A stretch of 64,000 bases of DNA from Octopus sinensis (GCF_006345805.1 NC_042998.1:43648001-43712000); one strand, 5' to 3'. Positions 26,515-42,990 are shown, counted from the first letter of the stretch. Made by a program: numbers and translations. Notes: generated from the sequence alone by a model not told the origin.

Positions 26515-27500
26515 AGGCATCAGACAACATAACCTCCATCGCAAGCAATACATTTGCACCATCACTGAACCCAACACTCAAATACTATTCGAAAAATTTC
26601 AAGTATGCACTGTTGTATTTACTTATTCACTTTGTCTGTGTCATCAAATTATTGTTTCTCAAAACTGTTCTTTTGGAGCAAACAGGTGGGAGTTGGAGGG
26701 GGCGAAAACTAAGCTGTATGGTGGCTGGGGAACCACTGAGCAGCCTAATTTGTCAGTTGTCTGATTTTCTGGTCATGGTGATTGGGGATCTTTTCAAATT
26801 CTTGTCCAATCTCTACATCTTAATAACTTCTCTAAGTTTCTTGAGTGTTTCAATGTACTGCTTGTTGTTCACAGTACGACAACATTACAGAAAATCAAGA
26901 ATAATGACACCCCCAAAAGACACCATGACTTTATGTGCTGATTACTGGCTCGTTACCTCTCAGGCCATAGAGAAAAGGCGTGACGTTATTCCATGTACAA
27001 AGCTATATTTCCAGAACATAAAAATAAGGCCATGTTTCATCGCCTGTCATCAGCGCGGAAGAAACTTGTCTTCATTACAGTCAGACGCTTCCAGTAGATC
27101 AGTGCAAACTTCCACCGTTCTCGCCTTCAAATCCATTATCAGTAACCCAGGTATCCATTTTGCACACACTTTCCGAAACCCAACGTTTTCCATTGCCTTC
27201 ACTGTCACCACATTTCAGTTGTGCAGGAAGCTCATGAATTATGATTCCTCTCTCCGTTCGTTATTGATTCGAGTCAGTGATTGAAACTGGTAGTCTCTCA
27301 TTGTTTGGTTTGTATAAAACACTAGTTGTCCCATCTTTAAACTTTTTCAACCATTTATGAACATTGCTGGTGCCTATGCTATCATCTTTGTTAACAGTTT
27401 CTAGCCTTCCATAAATGTTGGGCAGCCTGCCCCTTACCCCGCCCACTTTGTCAAAAATTCATTCATGGAACGTTGCTTCAGCTGGGAAATAATCATTTGC
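26515..27500 (-). mobile_element. Degenerate mariner transposase (near-complete extent, pseudogene)
   Basis: HTH-like IYGRLETV..SNVHKWLKKFKDGTTSV, LMTGDETWP (DETW), KVMVSF..VIILDFL, PQPPYS..APSNSHLFAP and WCKCIACDGGYV, in order on the minus strand. Confidence 0.88.
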
Positions 27501-29579
27501 AATGAAAAAGAACGAGAAGAATTAATATAGGAGAAGAGTTACTCTAGTAAGAGGTGCAATTTGAACGACCTATGTCAGTTAGTAAAATGTTACGGTCTTA
27601 CATTACTTTCAGTACAACCTGCGTACATGTGTGTATATAATTATCTTTGCATGTGTTCTATATGTTTTAATCTCGTATATTTATTTTTGTTGTTGTCATT
27701 TGTTGCTAATTATTTAGTTTTAATACAGTGTTATGCATTAACGTCATTGCAAGAAAGGAACACAGAGGCTTGCTAAGTAGATCAAGAGACATCTACTGGT
27801 GTTATATATCGCAGATGCTGTGTAACGTTAATCCTCCGTTAGCTCATGCTGCTCCTATGAAAAAATATATGTGAGCTGCCAAAGATAACTACAGCAATTA
27901 TCATATTGAATAATCAAGAGATTACAGATAAATCTATGTTTATCCACTCTAAGCGTCTTTGCCTTATTATTTATATATATCAGCAGGGGGTGTCATTATG
28001 AGATGTGGTAGCTGTAATGAAGATGTCCGTATTAATGATGCAAGAATAGTAGTAGTGTGGGATGGATTGTAATGCTGGAGAAGGAGGTAGGGAGAACAGC
28101 GATTTACTGACCTCAGAGAAGTGTAGTTCTCCTTAGAAACGAATACACCCTACACGGGATCTATGACGCTCAGATTAAAAGCAAAACCACAAATAAATAC
28201 AGCAGCATAAAATCTCAAGTAAACAATTTGACACGCACGCACACAAACACTCACACAAACACTCACATATTCACTGACACAGGCACTCACACACACACAC
28301 TATTTATTATAAGCTGAGTCTGTGTGAGTTCACTAGTTGGAATTCTCCTTTCCGACCTTTAGTCGCCTGAAGATCAGACACGAGGAACCGCGAAGAGATT
28401 CACGTGCAGAATTGGCCTAATGTAAACAATGTTATTTTACTCTAGCTAACGTTATTGAGTACTCTTCTGCATGTCGCGCAAGTGTGAAATGGATATAACT
28501 ATCCATTATGTATATGTGTGTGTGAGAAAGAGAGAAAGAGACAGTGAGAGAGTGTGACCGAGGAAGTATGTGTTTGTGTGTGTGTGTGTGTGTTGATTAT
28601 GAAAAATTCCTGATACTCACGAATTTTTCATGGCTCTTTCTTATCCCATCCTATTTTGTTAATAAAACCATAGTTCCTTACTGCATCGATATAGCTAGAC
28701 TGTGCTTTTTTCAAAATTTGTTACATGAATATTCGTACCGTGTATTATATCTGCTTTTTCAAGGAAACATTCAAAGCATGATGTGTCTATTTTGATTTAT
28801 TATCAGGAGATGATTTTAATCTCATTTTAATTTTAGCTGCAAGAATCTGGGAGAAATCTTTAATAAAAACACAACTGAACTGAGGCATATTTTTTTTATA
28901 ACACGTTTCGAAGAAAGCAACAACTGTTCTACATACATAAATGCATACATACTACATACATAGATGCATACATGCAACATACATACATACATACATACAT
29001 ACATACATACATACATACATACATACATACATACATACACACACACGCACACATGTTAATGTGTGTGTATATATATGTGTGCGTGTGTATGTATATATAT
29101 ATATATACACAAACACACATAATTAAAGGATGTTCGTATAAGTATAAATCCTGTGAATATTAACTAAACAAAGTGAATCACTGTAAGTACTGGGCGTGAG
29201 ATTATTCACACTTTTACTGACAGTGACATCAATGTTTCGGTACCTGTTGGCATCCTGTAACTGTTATCTGGATGACACACTCCTATTGGCCTATTGGCAA
29301 ATCTTGGACGTCACCTTGAAATAGATTAACAATAATATATATATATATGAGCATGTTATATTGAGTGTGTTTTAGTGTGAGTAACCTATCTGTTGTCATT
29401 ATTAGTGTCACACTAATCCTGCACTAACCCACAGGATGTATTAAGTTACGATTACTCACACTCAAGTGCTTAAACAATTCTTTTCTAGAGTTTGTAAAGA
29501 TAGAGCTATTAGCATAATGGGTCCAAACAGATCAATGCCATAGATTAACGCATTGTTTACCACAACATACACTTACCGT

Positions 29580-29855
29580 TAACGTATTCTTTTTTACTTG
29601 TTTTAGTCATTTGACTGCGGCCATGCGGGAGCACTGCATTCAGTCGGACAAATCGACCTCCAGGACTTATTCTTTGTAAGCCTAGTACTTACTCTTTCGG
29701 CTTCTTTTGCCGAATCGCTAATGCACGGATACGTAAACACACCAGCATCGGTTGTGAAGAGATGGTGGTGGGGGGACAAAAACAGACACTAATACATGCA
29801 CACAAGCACACACACAGACGCACACACAGACACAGACACACACACACACACACAC
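29580..29855 (-). mobile_element. 3' half of the microsatellite-containing SINE family
   Basis: ttttgccgaatcgctaa..gtaaacacaccagcatcggttgt..acaaaaacagacac followed by (CA)n; homologous to 54575-54760. Confidence 0.7.
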
Positions 29856-30280
29856 ATACATATATCTGTTCTTTTTACTGTTTTGTTCTCACTGTTTATT
29901 TAATTTGCTTTGCGAGAAGGACTGTTTCAACGATGCAGCGTCTTGTCCTTGCCTTCGAACGTAGAGTAGATGGAACAGGGACAACTGAAGAAGGGGAATA
30001 TTCTTTATGTTGTATGTCTCGTTTCTCTGTTTTTTTCGTTGTTCGCAAAAAAAGTTCGTTTTCTATGCTTTTGCTTTTATGTTTTCGTTTCTCATTGTGT
30101 TCAACGTTTTTTCGATGTCCTGTACCCATATATGCATGTATATATTGTTTACGTTTCCATAACCTCATGCTGCGGCAAAAGAGAACAACTAAGTGCCAGG
30201 CTTAAAAGATAAGTACTGGAGTTGACTAAACCCATCAAGGCAGGGCCCCAGCATTGCCACTGTTTAATAACTGAAGAAGT

Positions 30281-30315
<35 letters not shown>

Positions 30316-30408
30316 GGTAGGTTTTACCGCCACTAACTTTATCACCACGTTAAAGAGCCGATGAACACTACTTTTGCGGTTCGTATACAGAGATTTTCGA
30401 AAGACAGA

Positions 30409-30450
<42 letters not shown>

Positions 30451-31146
30451 GGGTATGTATGTATGTATGTAAGTATGTATTTTTCAATCGGAAGGCACTA
30501 AGATATGTGGCTTTAGAGAGATTTCACCGAGTACTTCTTACATGAACAGATCTATGATGACGCTTTCCAGTTTGGGACATCTACGCCTTGTCTTTAGTTG
30601 GGTCTTCCTTCTCTAATGTACCTTTCCACTATATTACGCAGTAGGGGAACTGTGGGTTTCTAGCAGCTTCACCTACACAGTAGAAGCCCTTGATATTAGT
30701 TTTTTTAGCACCGTATTAATCTGATCGAACTAAGCTATGGTAAGTGGCGTGCAAGTCGTGACTATTCTGTCTTTGGTATAACAAAATCTACATTGTTCAA
30801 TATATCTTTCATATTTTAGTTTAAAAGGACAGAGATCCGACATGCATTTCTGCTCGTATCTGTTTCTATAGATTTTTCTGTGTGAGTGTGGTTGTGCATG
30901 CGTGCGTGCGTGCGTGCGTGCGTGCATGTGTGTGTGTGTGTGTGTCCATATTTGTATCGAATCTCTGACTGATACATAAATTCAGAGACAAATATACATG
31001 CTCTCACTCCTATTAATATAACAACACAGTCACATCATTATATATATATATAACATAAATGTTCTGTCATATTTTGTATTAAATATTATGCTTTAGATGT
31101 GGTCCAATTGATTCGTCTGTTGATCTGAGGTTTACTTCATTTTCTG

Positions 31147-31192
<46 letters not shown>

Positions 31193-31919
31193 CAAGAGAA
31201 ATATATATCATGTGTAAGTTTGTTTGTGTGTGTGAGCGTGAAATATTTACAAATTATTGATTGACCGATACGACGATGAAAAAGATATTTCATTTATTCC
31301 ACCCGACTCACAATGTCCTGCTTTTTACATTCTTCCCAACGCCATGAACTAATGATATTTTTTTTCTCTGGAAAGTTATTACCAATAGTATAACCATAGC
31401 TCCCGATACTTATGATATAGAATATAAAGAAATAACCGCTTCTGTTTTTGTGGAGAAGAATGGAAGCATCGGCATTGCAAATAATACTATTGCTTTATGT
31501 AGCAACGCTAGACCATATGGTCCATTGCAACATTTTGTATAGCTGTAACTGACATTATTGCTGTTGATTTTATCACCGTTGTTTTCGGGTTGGCTTATTA
31601 TTATTTCATGTTGTTTCTTTTTGAAAATTATCCATACAACATTGTTAATGCTGTTTCAGAGCGTGTTGCTGAAGCATAAGTTTTCAATTGCAAAACACCT
31701 TTTCCCTCACCTTTCAGTATCTATTATTTTATCATTAGGTCATGTTGTAATGTCTAATTGTACTTTCTTCTTCTGAATTCTGTAATGGTGTCTGCGATGC
31801 CGGGAAAGAGGTAAGCTGCTAATTAAGCTAGACATCTTCCAGCTTGAAGATTTTCAAAAGAGAAAGATAGACAGAAAACAGAGAAAAATACGAAATCCTT
31901 AATTTCTACAGATATTCAT

Positions 31920-32880
<961 letters not shown>

Positions 32881-34399
32881 ACAGACATACGCTCACTCAC
32901 ACACATACACGTATACACACACACACTGTTTTAATATTCAATTTAGGCAACGACTACACGCTTTTCTGTTAGCATAGCATTGGAAAATAATAATTAAATA
33001 CAGTTAGGGGCTGAGTGATGCCACTTAGCATTGGAAATGATGTGAAAGTGAGTTTCACACTTTCAGCTGATCTGTTGTTTAATATATTCTGACACAACAT
33101 GAAATATATTATTCTACTTTGAAAATGTGTTATTATTCAGCTTTACTTAGATGTGTCATTGACCCTATCGAGCATAGTTGTGGATTTTTAGTTTCAGGTC
33201 AGTTCTGATTACAAAACATGACCTTGCAATCATTTTATATCATGTAGTACATTGCTCAGTATTTTAAGGAAGATTAATTTGCTACTTCTCGTATGTCGGT
33301 CTTCCGAGTAGAAGCTTCCATATATTTTGTTTATTAAATCAGAAGCAAACGCAGTTCTCACAAGTTACCGCTTTTTCTCTTGACTACAAAAGTAGGAAAA
33401 CAGAGGAAGGTATGACCTCCAAAGGATGGTGGTAGTGTAGAAGATGGACGGTATCCTTAAAACGGAGATCTAGTCACAATGCTCGTAAGATAATTGAATC
33501 TGCTAAAGTCACCCAAGTCGTCAAGATGTGGTCGACTCGTTACTATTTATGTAGCCCATTACGGGATTTGAACTCTAAACGCAAAGTGCGGGAGCAGATA
33601 CTCCACGACATTCTGTCTAATTGTTTTTGCAGTTCTGTTTATCTTGCACCCTAGATTGTTATTCTCCTTTTTTATCAGCCATGAGGAATGGAAAGCAAAA
33701 TTGAACTTCGCAGGATTTGATCTCAGAGCGCAAGATGTTTGAACAAATACTGCGAAGCATTCTGTCCAACATACTATCAACTCCGATGATTCATCGATTT
33801 GCTCTCCTAGTCCTGTTTTGTATCTTCTCATAATTATAGGTAATATTATGGACCCTGAAAACAACTTTTGACTCTACCGTAACTGATTCCAATGTAATAT
33901 CTTTTATTTTCATTTTTACTATTCTCTAAGTGTAACTTTGGTTCTGTTGGCCTCATGTTAACTTTTTCCAGTTCACTCAATGCCTTCTTATTGGGTGAAT
34001 TATTTGTCTTCACAATATAGTTATTTCGAAATTTTGACTTGTTATTTTCAAAAGTAGTTTAGAGCTTGCTTTTCATGTCATCAACAATTCACTATGAAGC
34101 TATACTTCAATTTCACCCATTTTTTAAAATATTGATTAGCAAACAGTATAGTATTTATAGTTGGCTAGAAAAGAGTCCTAGCTAATGATAAAATATTCCT
34201 AACCTTAGTCTATATTATATTTCTATTAAATATTGAGCTATGCTTTGTGTTACGTAGTAACACTCTTTTGCATTCTCATTTTAATTTACCTGGTAGGCCT
34301 TTATTCATTTCATCATCTAAACGTTTATCATATGATAAACGTTTCACTAGATCACTAACATCTATGACGTCCTACTAAGCTATAAATTATAATTACAAA

Positions 34400-35100
34400 A
34401 GAGAAACTCCTTCTTCACCGGGCAATATCAAACTGTTTAACTATCTTTGACGGAAAGGCGACAGTGGAGCAAGTTTCAGATTTCCATCCAAGCAACATAA
34501 AGATTTTTGTTCTCTTGTTCATCAATAAGCTTTGCAGTGAAGACAAACATTGGAGATGAGAGTCTCTTCATAATGTTACGGTAGCACAGAGAGTGCATCC
34601 AGGTCCCGGATGTGGTTCCTCAGTAACATTCTTTCAATAGTCCAGTCTTTCTTTTTTGAACACTTGGTTTTCTATCTTTTTTTTTTTTTTTGCTTTACTA
34701 TCTCGATGGAACTTCTCAAAGCATTTTAAAATTAGCTGTTTAATCCAGGTTGATTCTGACCTAACAGAAAGATGAGCCAGTTGCAAATGTGCCAGGTTTT
34801 CTAAATTTGCTTCCCTGTTTTCTTTGGTCTCAAATGCAAGACTATGTTGGTTTGCTTGAGATACGTCTCACTCTTTCGTCTCTTTGCTCTGGAGTTTTAG
34901 CTGAAAACCGACAATTCTGTACTTGTCAGATTTGTATGAGTTTAGAATCTCTTCCCTCTAGAATCTCAGATGAGAGCAAGTTATGCTATTCTTAGGAGAA
35001 AGCCCTCTCAGCTTTCTGTTTCCTGGCTCTAGTGTCTTAGATGCATCACGATTCTTCTATACAAAGAAGAATCTAACCAGTTTGTTCTACCTAGCAAAAT
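34400..35100 (-). mobile_element. Old degenerate RTE LINE fragment
   Basis: LSVRSESTWIKQL..FEKFHR (like LLYGSESW..LERFHQR) and DRKPSVQ..TIERMLLRNHIR (like WQDRITN..SIE.MLL..QLRW). Confidence 0.5.
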
Positions 35101-36299
35101 CAGATTAACTTTCCTTTTGTTTTAAGTCCATATGCAGACATTTTGTTCAGATTTTTGGATTTGTTATTAACTGACACTATTGCCTTTCTTTTTCTATGCT
35201 ATTTCGATTTTGCTGACAACTATTCAAGTTTAATTGCGTATTGCGGTGTCGGATGTTTAGAAGAAACATTTTCAGCTATAATTATGTACACAGCTTGAGA
35301 TAGAATGCATCATTTAAAATTTTAACCCTTGATCCAAAATGGCAGCAGTCGCTTGCACTTTATTGTATTTATTTTCAAACAAATCTCAATTGCATTTTAC
35401 CTGAAAGAAAAAAAAACAACATCATGAAATAAATACTGCCGCATGAATACAAAAGTATTCCATAAATAATTAAAATTTTATTAGTTGCTTTTTATTAGGA
35501 TGTTAATTTTTTCTAACATCCTAAATTAACGGTTTAAAATAGGAGATCGTTTGTAAACATTGTTTCATAAATATGAAATATGGATGTGTAATGGAGGAGC
35601 CTTGAAATGGAAATATTAATTGAAACCAAAAATTCTGAAAGATTGTAGTATTGTTCAATCAGATAATCATACAGGATGTAAATTTATGTAATTGAAACAC
35701 TGTATGGATTCTAATATTAATATTGTTACCTAATGTGATTGGCTTCAAAATTTGTAGAGTTAATAGATTAGTCTGGTCATAAGCACAAATATAATGGACC
35801 CAATTTTAAATGCTTTGTTTGGAAATGCAGCACAAATTAACTTAATTCTGAGGCCAATAAAAACAAATTAAAAGAAATGGAATATTAAGTTTGATGCTTG
35901 ACAAGGGTTTATTGACTAACACGCAAAAGACCTACAATTGATTAGTTATTGTGTGTTTGAGTCTAAAAGGATAATCAGTAAATGTATTTATTTCTGCCAG
36001 ACAGGTTAACATTTGCTATATCAATAGATTTGCTTTTCATATTTCAATCATCAAGAGATACCTTTATATGTAATTATAGGCCCTGTGCCGCTAACTACCT
36101 GAAAGCGTATAATAATGGATGTACCATTTTAGCACACTCATACCCTGTCACAGATACGGATGCCTTTTTGATTATTTTATTATCAGAGTGATACAGTCGT
36201 TTTTGATTTGGGTTTCTGAAGAGGAGACAAAAACCTTCATCAAATTAGAAACATTGGAGAATGAAGTAAAGCTGGAAACTAGTGATAGGGTTGTCGCGA

Positions 36300-36959
36300 G
36301 TAGTGTAAAAGTATAAAGTTTCAAGAAAAGTTACGTAATGTAAGGATCGGTGGAGGCGGGAAAATGGAAACAAGAAGTAGTTTAAGAGATGATTACAATG
36401 CATGTGAGATATAGAGTGGTTTGCGAGGAAAAGAGCCAAGAGATGGTCGGTGTGAGAGACGGCGAGACGTAGGAGCTATTTACCAGGAGAGGTGATTATT
36501 GTGATAGGGAGTGGAAGGAGGGATTGATAGGGTAGTACGTGTTAACTGGCAGAAGGCTGATGGTTACGCAGTTACAGAGAAAAGGGTAGTCGGTAATGTG
36601 ATGAAAAGCACGCCGGTTATGTATTAGTCTGTGTAGGATTGTTTCTGAGTCTTGAGCCTTGGCTTGTATGCTTGTATGTACACCGAAAACACACACACGC
36701 ACACACAGACACACACATACAGACACCACACACACACACCACGCATCACATACACACACACATACACATACACACACACACGCGCGCATCACAGACACAC
36801 ATAGTGCTTTTAAGTCCACTTTGTACAATTTAAAAGCCGGTCGAAGTAAAAGAAAATAAAAGCGAATACATTAGAATATGGTGGCAGGAAATATATGAGG
36901 TGATCGCACTGAATGCGAGAAATAGAGAGAGGATTTGTTGGTTGTGAGTGTAGAAGGCT

Positions 36960-36990
<31 letters not shown>

Positions 36991-37090
36991 TTTGGTAAGA
37001 ATTTCGGTGAGTAACGTGAATTATGAAGGGAAGTAGCTGGTGTAATAAGGATGAGATAAAGGGCTGTCAGTGTAGCGTGAGTTAATCGTT
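36300..37090 (-). mobile_element. Highly degenerate Penelope-like fragment interrupted by (CA)n/(GA)n
   Basis: YTDSPLSHPYYTSYFP (like KPTD..YLHYTSSHP), SLYFSHSVR (like SIPFSQFLR) and LPVNTYYP (like PLVTTYHP), in the expected order. Confidence 0.4.
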
Positions 37091-37104
37091 TTCGTGTTTA
37101 TATA

Positions 37105-37110
37105 TATATA

Positions 37111-37170
<60 letters not shown>

Positions 37171-37683
37171 GTGTGTGTATGTATATGTGTGTGTGTGTAT
37201 GTATATGTGTGTGTGTGTATGTATATGTGTGTGTGTGTATGTATATATATATGTGTGTGTGTGTGTATGTATATATGTGTGTGTGTGGTATGTAATAATA
37301 TATGTGTGTGTGTGTATGTATATGTGTGTGTGTGTGTATGTATATGTGTGTGGTGTGAGTGTGTGTGTGGTGTGTATGTGTGTGTGTGTGTATGTATATG
37401 TGTGTGTGTGTATGTATATGTGTGTGTGTGTGTATGTATATGTGTGTGTGTGTATGTATATGTGTGTGTGTGTGTATGTATATATATATGTGTGTGTGTG
37501 TGTATGTATATATGTGTGTGTGTGTGTGTATGTATATATATATGTGTGTGTGTGTGTATGTGTGTGTGTGTGTATGTATATGTGTGTGTGTGTGTGTATG
37601 TATATATGTGTGTGTGTGTGTGTGTATATATATGTGTGTGTGTGTGTGTATATGTATATATGTGTTTGTGAGTGTGTGTGTGT
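37105..37683. repeat. (GT)n/GTAT/AT higher-order array
   Basis: Recurring gtgtgtgtgtatgtatat-type units. Confidence 0.92.
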
Positions 37684-38392
37684 CACTTAGCCCGACAGTA
37701 ATTGTGAATTTGTTTCCCATTATTTGTTTTTCGTTATTTTATTCTCTTAGGTGAAAACACTTGGGCTCTCATTTTTCCAGAATTAATAAAACAAACTCTA
37801 AAATAATTATAAGAGATAAAATTCCATATTGTATTTGGTGGTGGCCATTTTCATTCTTATTACCAAATTTCTAGATATGTACTACGCCAATGTAAAAAAA
37901 ATATTCATGTTTCCTTTATTTTCATTGACAGAATGATATCCTACACAGTATGGTATTGTCAATGGAATCACATCACAGTTCAGTAGTAATATATTCAAGG
38001 CTATTCAAATGCGAAATCCTCATACACTGACTAATATTAGCTGATATGTATGTAGGCATGAAGTATCGTGACAATCCTACACATAGCAACATGTAATGAG
38101 AAATACGCATATGTAGGATCCATTTAAATATATTGTCCATTTACTGAATTCCAATAACCAGCAGCGTTGATTTGTTTCTCGTCAAAACCCCGATGAAAGG
38201 CAGTTCCGGTTTCTAAGTCGATATCCCTTATCATGCTAATGACGTCATATCCTCTTCTTGCACTTTCCTCTACGTTTTACCTGGTAATTAGTAATAAACG
38301 TAGAATGACTAACAGATACAACCATTTCTCTCCCGCCCTCTCTCTCTCTTCTGTCAGTACATACACACGCGCAAACATTTATTCATTTATTT

Positions 38393-38492
38393 NNNNNNNN
38401 NNNNNNNNNNNNNNNNNNNNNNNNNNNNNNNNNNNNNNNNNNNNNNNNNNNNNNNNNNNNNNNNNNNNNNNNNNNNNNNNNNNNNNNNNNNN
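38393..38492. other. Assembly gap (100 N)
   Basis: Run of exactly 100 N, probably a placeholder of unknown true size. Confidence 1.
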
Positions 38493-39300
38493 GTGTTTTG
38501 TATGTGCTGTTTGACTGGTGTTATGCGCTTTAGGGTTGAATATATGTAGGGTAATTAATAAGGGGAAGAAACTATCCCAGAATCATATTTATACCGTGTA
38601 AGATATAATGGGTTGCTGACATGCGCAGGATGTAAAATTTTCGAGTTCGAGGTAATTATTTGTTTGGTATATTACAAACGAACCAATTATTGTTTCATTG
38701 GTATCTGTTATGTAGGAGCATGTGTTGTTTTATTTTATGGATGATTGTAGTATAAGTTATGAGTCGTTTGTAGAATTCACTATTCTAGATAAGCTATTGA
38801 ATTAAAAGTGTCTTGTGTAGTATATGGGATAAACCTAGATGGGGGTATCCTTATTACTGTGTAAAACATTGTGAGCACTGCTGTTTTTACTCATATTTTC
38901 CCATCATACTTAGTTCACCATTTATTATTGTTACTGTTTATATTTTTATGCCCCATATCGAGTTTATTTGAAGTTCATTATTCTTATATTTTTGTAGTTC
39001 CTCTACTTCATTTTGGGTGCTGAATACATTGATTAGAAGGGATCGATAACTAAGAGATTCAAGTTTTTTAATTCCCATAAATTATTTCTATAAACGGTGT
39101 TTTATGATACCTTCTTCACTTTGAACAGACTTGTCCCAAATAACTTAAGCCGAGTCGTTGTCATCTACCAAGTACATGTTATCCTAAATTCTTGTCGAGA
39201 TATTTCCAACTAAGGTATTGGTGTATTTCCCACTTGGCACTGCTTCCAGACTGGGGTGTGTTTGTGAATATACTCAGACTTGACAAGGACTGAGCAGTTG
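38493..39300 (-). mobile_element. Possible very old Penelope-like RT remnant
   Basis: Only weak motif echoes (TQNEVEELQKY, SAHNVLHSNKDTP, RFIPYT); many stops. Confidence 0.25.
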
Positions 39301-39319
39301 GAGATGATGTCGTCGAACA

Positions 39320-39505
39320 ATTTCGGGAGAGGGGATAAGTTGATTACATCAACCTCAGGACTCAACTGATAGTTGTTTATTGACTCCGAAAGGATGAAAG
39401 GCGAAGTTGACCCCGGCGGAATGTGCGCTCAGAACACGAGGACAGAAGATATGCCGCTAAGCATTATCGCCCGGTGTGCTAAAGATTCTGCCGACTCACT
39501 GCCTT
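39320..39505 (-). mobile_element. Major SINE, diverged copy
   Basis: gactccgaaaggatgaaaggcgaagttgaccccggcggaa core and head ...ccgactcactgcctt. Confidence 0.8.
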
Positions 39506-39649
39506 AATAATAAGAAAAATATTACAGAATCCACGCCATATTCAGGGTCTTCATTATCGTATTACAGTTTTCGTTTATGACTTTGTTACTCACTTATTCT
39601 CTTTGTAACCTGTAGGGCAGACATATTTTAGCAAGATTTAGTATTTACT

Positions 39650-40560
39650 TAGCTTTTGGGATTAAGATGGTTTCCTCTCAGAGTGACAATTAAGTGCTGC
39701 TTCCGGCACTTTCAAGAAATTATTAAATATTTTTGATAGTAGTTTATGCATGTATCTTAAATATTTCTGCCAGGATTTTGAGATCTTATCATATCACGGT
39801 GCCTCCCAATTTTTTTTCTCCATTTAATGTCTGGGGTGCTTCCTGACTTTGTATGGCCCTGTACAACAGTTCACATACTGTGTTTATTGCTTTAAATAAT
39901 CTTGTTTGTAGCGACCCCTTCTTTATATACACCATTCCAGAATTCTATTCTCCTTGCTGTTGGGGCTGCATCAATTTCTAATATTTGCAGTCGGCCGTAT
40001 GGTGTTGGCCAGCTCTTCACTTGCAACTTGTCGGTAATTATACTGCAAAATTGACAACAAGCTAAGGGTCAACGTTTGTCCTAATACTTCTGGCTATCAC
40101 TTCGTATTTTCCTTTCCACGAACTGCAGCACATACAATCCAGCATATGTACTGTGCACAACTCTCCCTTTAACTTCATTCTCGGTCATAAAGTCCAGACA
40201 CATGCTTCCAGAGAAAAATACCTCATACCACACGACGGCCAGACCTCCCTTCAACGCCCCTTCAAAAGCCTATGGTAATTATTCTTACTTTATGCAACAC
40301 AGATGTATTCTACTTTTCTTCTTGCCCTTCTCTTAAGAAATTCTTCAGGTAAGGAAGCACCTTCTTTCTCGAACAGAGCATGTCCATATCTTCACTTCTC
40401 CAGGAGCTGCCCGCAATGATGAACATTCTATAAGCCATAATGGCAGCAAATGTGATGTTAAAGCTTTTACGCATTTTCATTGCCAGTGTTCTTGCTTGTG
40501 TAGAACATTTTAGCGACTATTCTTTTTCTGTTTTTGCCGTTGATACTACGATTGTGAAAC
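39650..40560 (-). mobile_element. Possible degenerate Ty3/gypsy integrase region
   Basis: Weak echoes: KLQVKSWPTPYGRLQ (like IKQ..TTPYHPQ) and ELLYRAIQ (like ELLYGRQ); many stops. Confidence 0.3.
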
Positions 40561-41234
40561 CTATTACTTTCCATTACTAATAATGTGGAATGTGTGTGTG
40601 TGCATATATAATATATATATATATATATGCATACGAGTGTGCGTATTTGTGTGTGTGGGAGTAGTATGCATATATATATATATATATATATATGCGAGTT
40701 TGTGCTTGTATATATCTACATAAATATTTGCATGTAAACAAACATAGACACATACGCACAAACATACTAAATTTACGCTAAGTATTTACTTTCATTCATT
40801 TTACCCCCACTTTCAATAACGTATATTGAATTCACTTTAAAATTTTACCTAATGCCAATAAGACTTACAATTAGCTTCTATTCTAAAACTTACACTTATT
40901 TCAGACATTTTTTTTAGCTCGAAATGATTTCTTTTCCTACATCAAAACGCATGCAACCACATGTAAATATAAATAAAATCAGGCACATACGCATACGGAT
41001 GCGTGTGTACCAATTATTGTACATTTGGAGTTTATATATCTCTCGAAAGGGAATTGAATGTCTACCATTGATAACTATAGTTACTCACATGTAACTGATG
41101 TATATACAGATATGCAACTGCACACATACATTTACATACAGTAATATAATATATATTTTTTCACACACATATACACAAACATATAATTCTGGTAATCTAT
41201 TTAACTACGTAGTTCATCAAAATAGCTCTTTTTA

Positions 41235-41296
41235 ATTTTATATATATATATTATATATTATATATATATATAGATATATATATATCTATATATATA

Positions 41297-41327
<31 letters not shown>

Positions 41328-41341
41328 ATTATATAGATGTA

Positions 41342-41372
<31 letters not shown>

Positions 41373-41460
41373 ATATATATATATATGTATATATGTATAT
41401 ATATATATATATGTATAATGTATATATATAATATATGTATTATAGATATATAATATATAT

Positions 41461-41508
<48 letters not shown>

Positions 41509-41965
41509 ATATGTATATATAGATATATATATATATGTATATATGTATATATATATATGTATATATGTATATATATATATATATATAGTATATATGTATG
41601 TAATATATATATATATGTATATATGTATATATATATATATATGTATATAGTATGTATATATATATATATATGTATCTATTATATATATATACAGATATAC
41701 ATATAGCATATATATATGTATATGTAATATATATGTATAGAGTATATATATATGGAATATGTAATATATATGTATATATATATGTATTATAGGATGATAT
41801 ATGTATATATATTATATGTATATATATATGTAATATATGTATATATAATATATAGTATATATATGTATATATATATATATAATATGGATATATATATATA
41901 TATATGTATATATGTATATATATATATTATATATATGTAATATATATGATATATATGTATATATG

Positions 41966-41999
<34 letters not shown>

Positions 42000-42000
42000 G

Positions 42001-42037
<37 letters not shown>

Positions 42038-42106
42038 GTATATATGTATATAATATAGTATATATAGTATATTATATATATATTATATTATATGTATATA
42101 TATGTA

Positions 42107-42150
<44 letters not shown>

Positions 42151-42281
42151 ATATTAATATATATATGTATATATATGTATATATATATATATATATATTG
42201 TATATATATTATGTAATATGTATATATATATATATGATATATATGTATATAGTATATATTTATAATATATATATATATATG

Positions 42282-42313
<32 letters not shown>

Positions 42314-42598
42314 ATGTATATGTAATATAGACATATATAATTGTATATATATATGTAATATAGACATATATAATGTTATATATATAGTATATATAGACAT
42401 AAAATTATATATAATATATATATATATATAGATATATGTATATATAGACATATATAATTATATATATATATATATGTATATATAGACATATATAATTATA
42501 TATAATAATATGTATAATAGGACATATATAATTATATATATATATTGTATATATAGACTTAATATTAATATATATATATATGTATATATAGACATATA

Positions 42599-42644
<46 letters not shown>

Positions 42645-42799
42645 GACATATAATTATATATAATATATGTATATATAGACAATATAATTATATATATATT
42701 ATTGATATATAGACATATATAATTATATATTATATATATATATATATATATAGAATATATAATTATACTATATATATATATAGATGTATATAATAGACA

Positions 42800-42838
<39 letters not shown>

Positions 42839-42861
42839 TATAACATATATCATTATAAGTA

Positions 42862-42901
<40 letters not shown>

Positions 42902-42990
42902 GACATAATAATTATCTATATATATATATATATAAGACATATATAATTAATCTATATAACTATAATATATATATTATATATTCTATATAT

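Noticed and set aside
36184-36316. ORF VIQSFLIWVSEEETKTFIKLETLENE as an exon or Penelope RT piece
   Set aside because: I cannot distinguish chance, exon or decayed RT; there is no YIDD motif and no strong donor.
38185-38230. ccgatgaaaggcag...gtcgata, a possible Penelope-end hammerhead
   Set aside because: Both core boxes are mutated and stem II does not pair.
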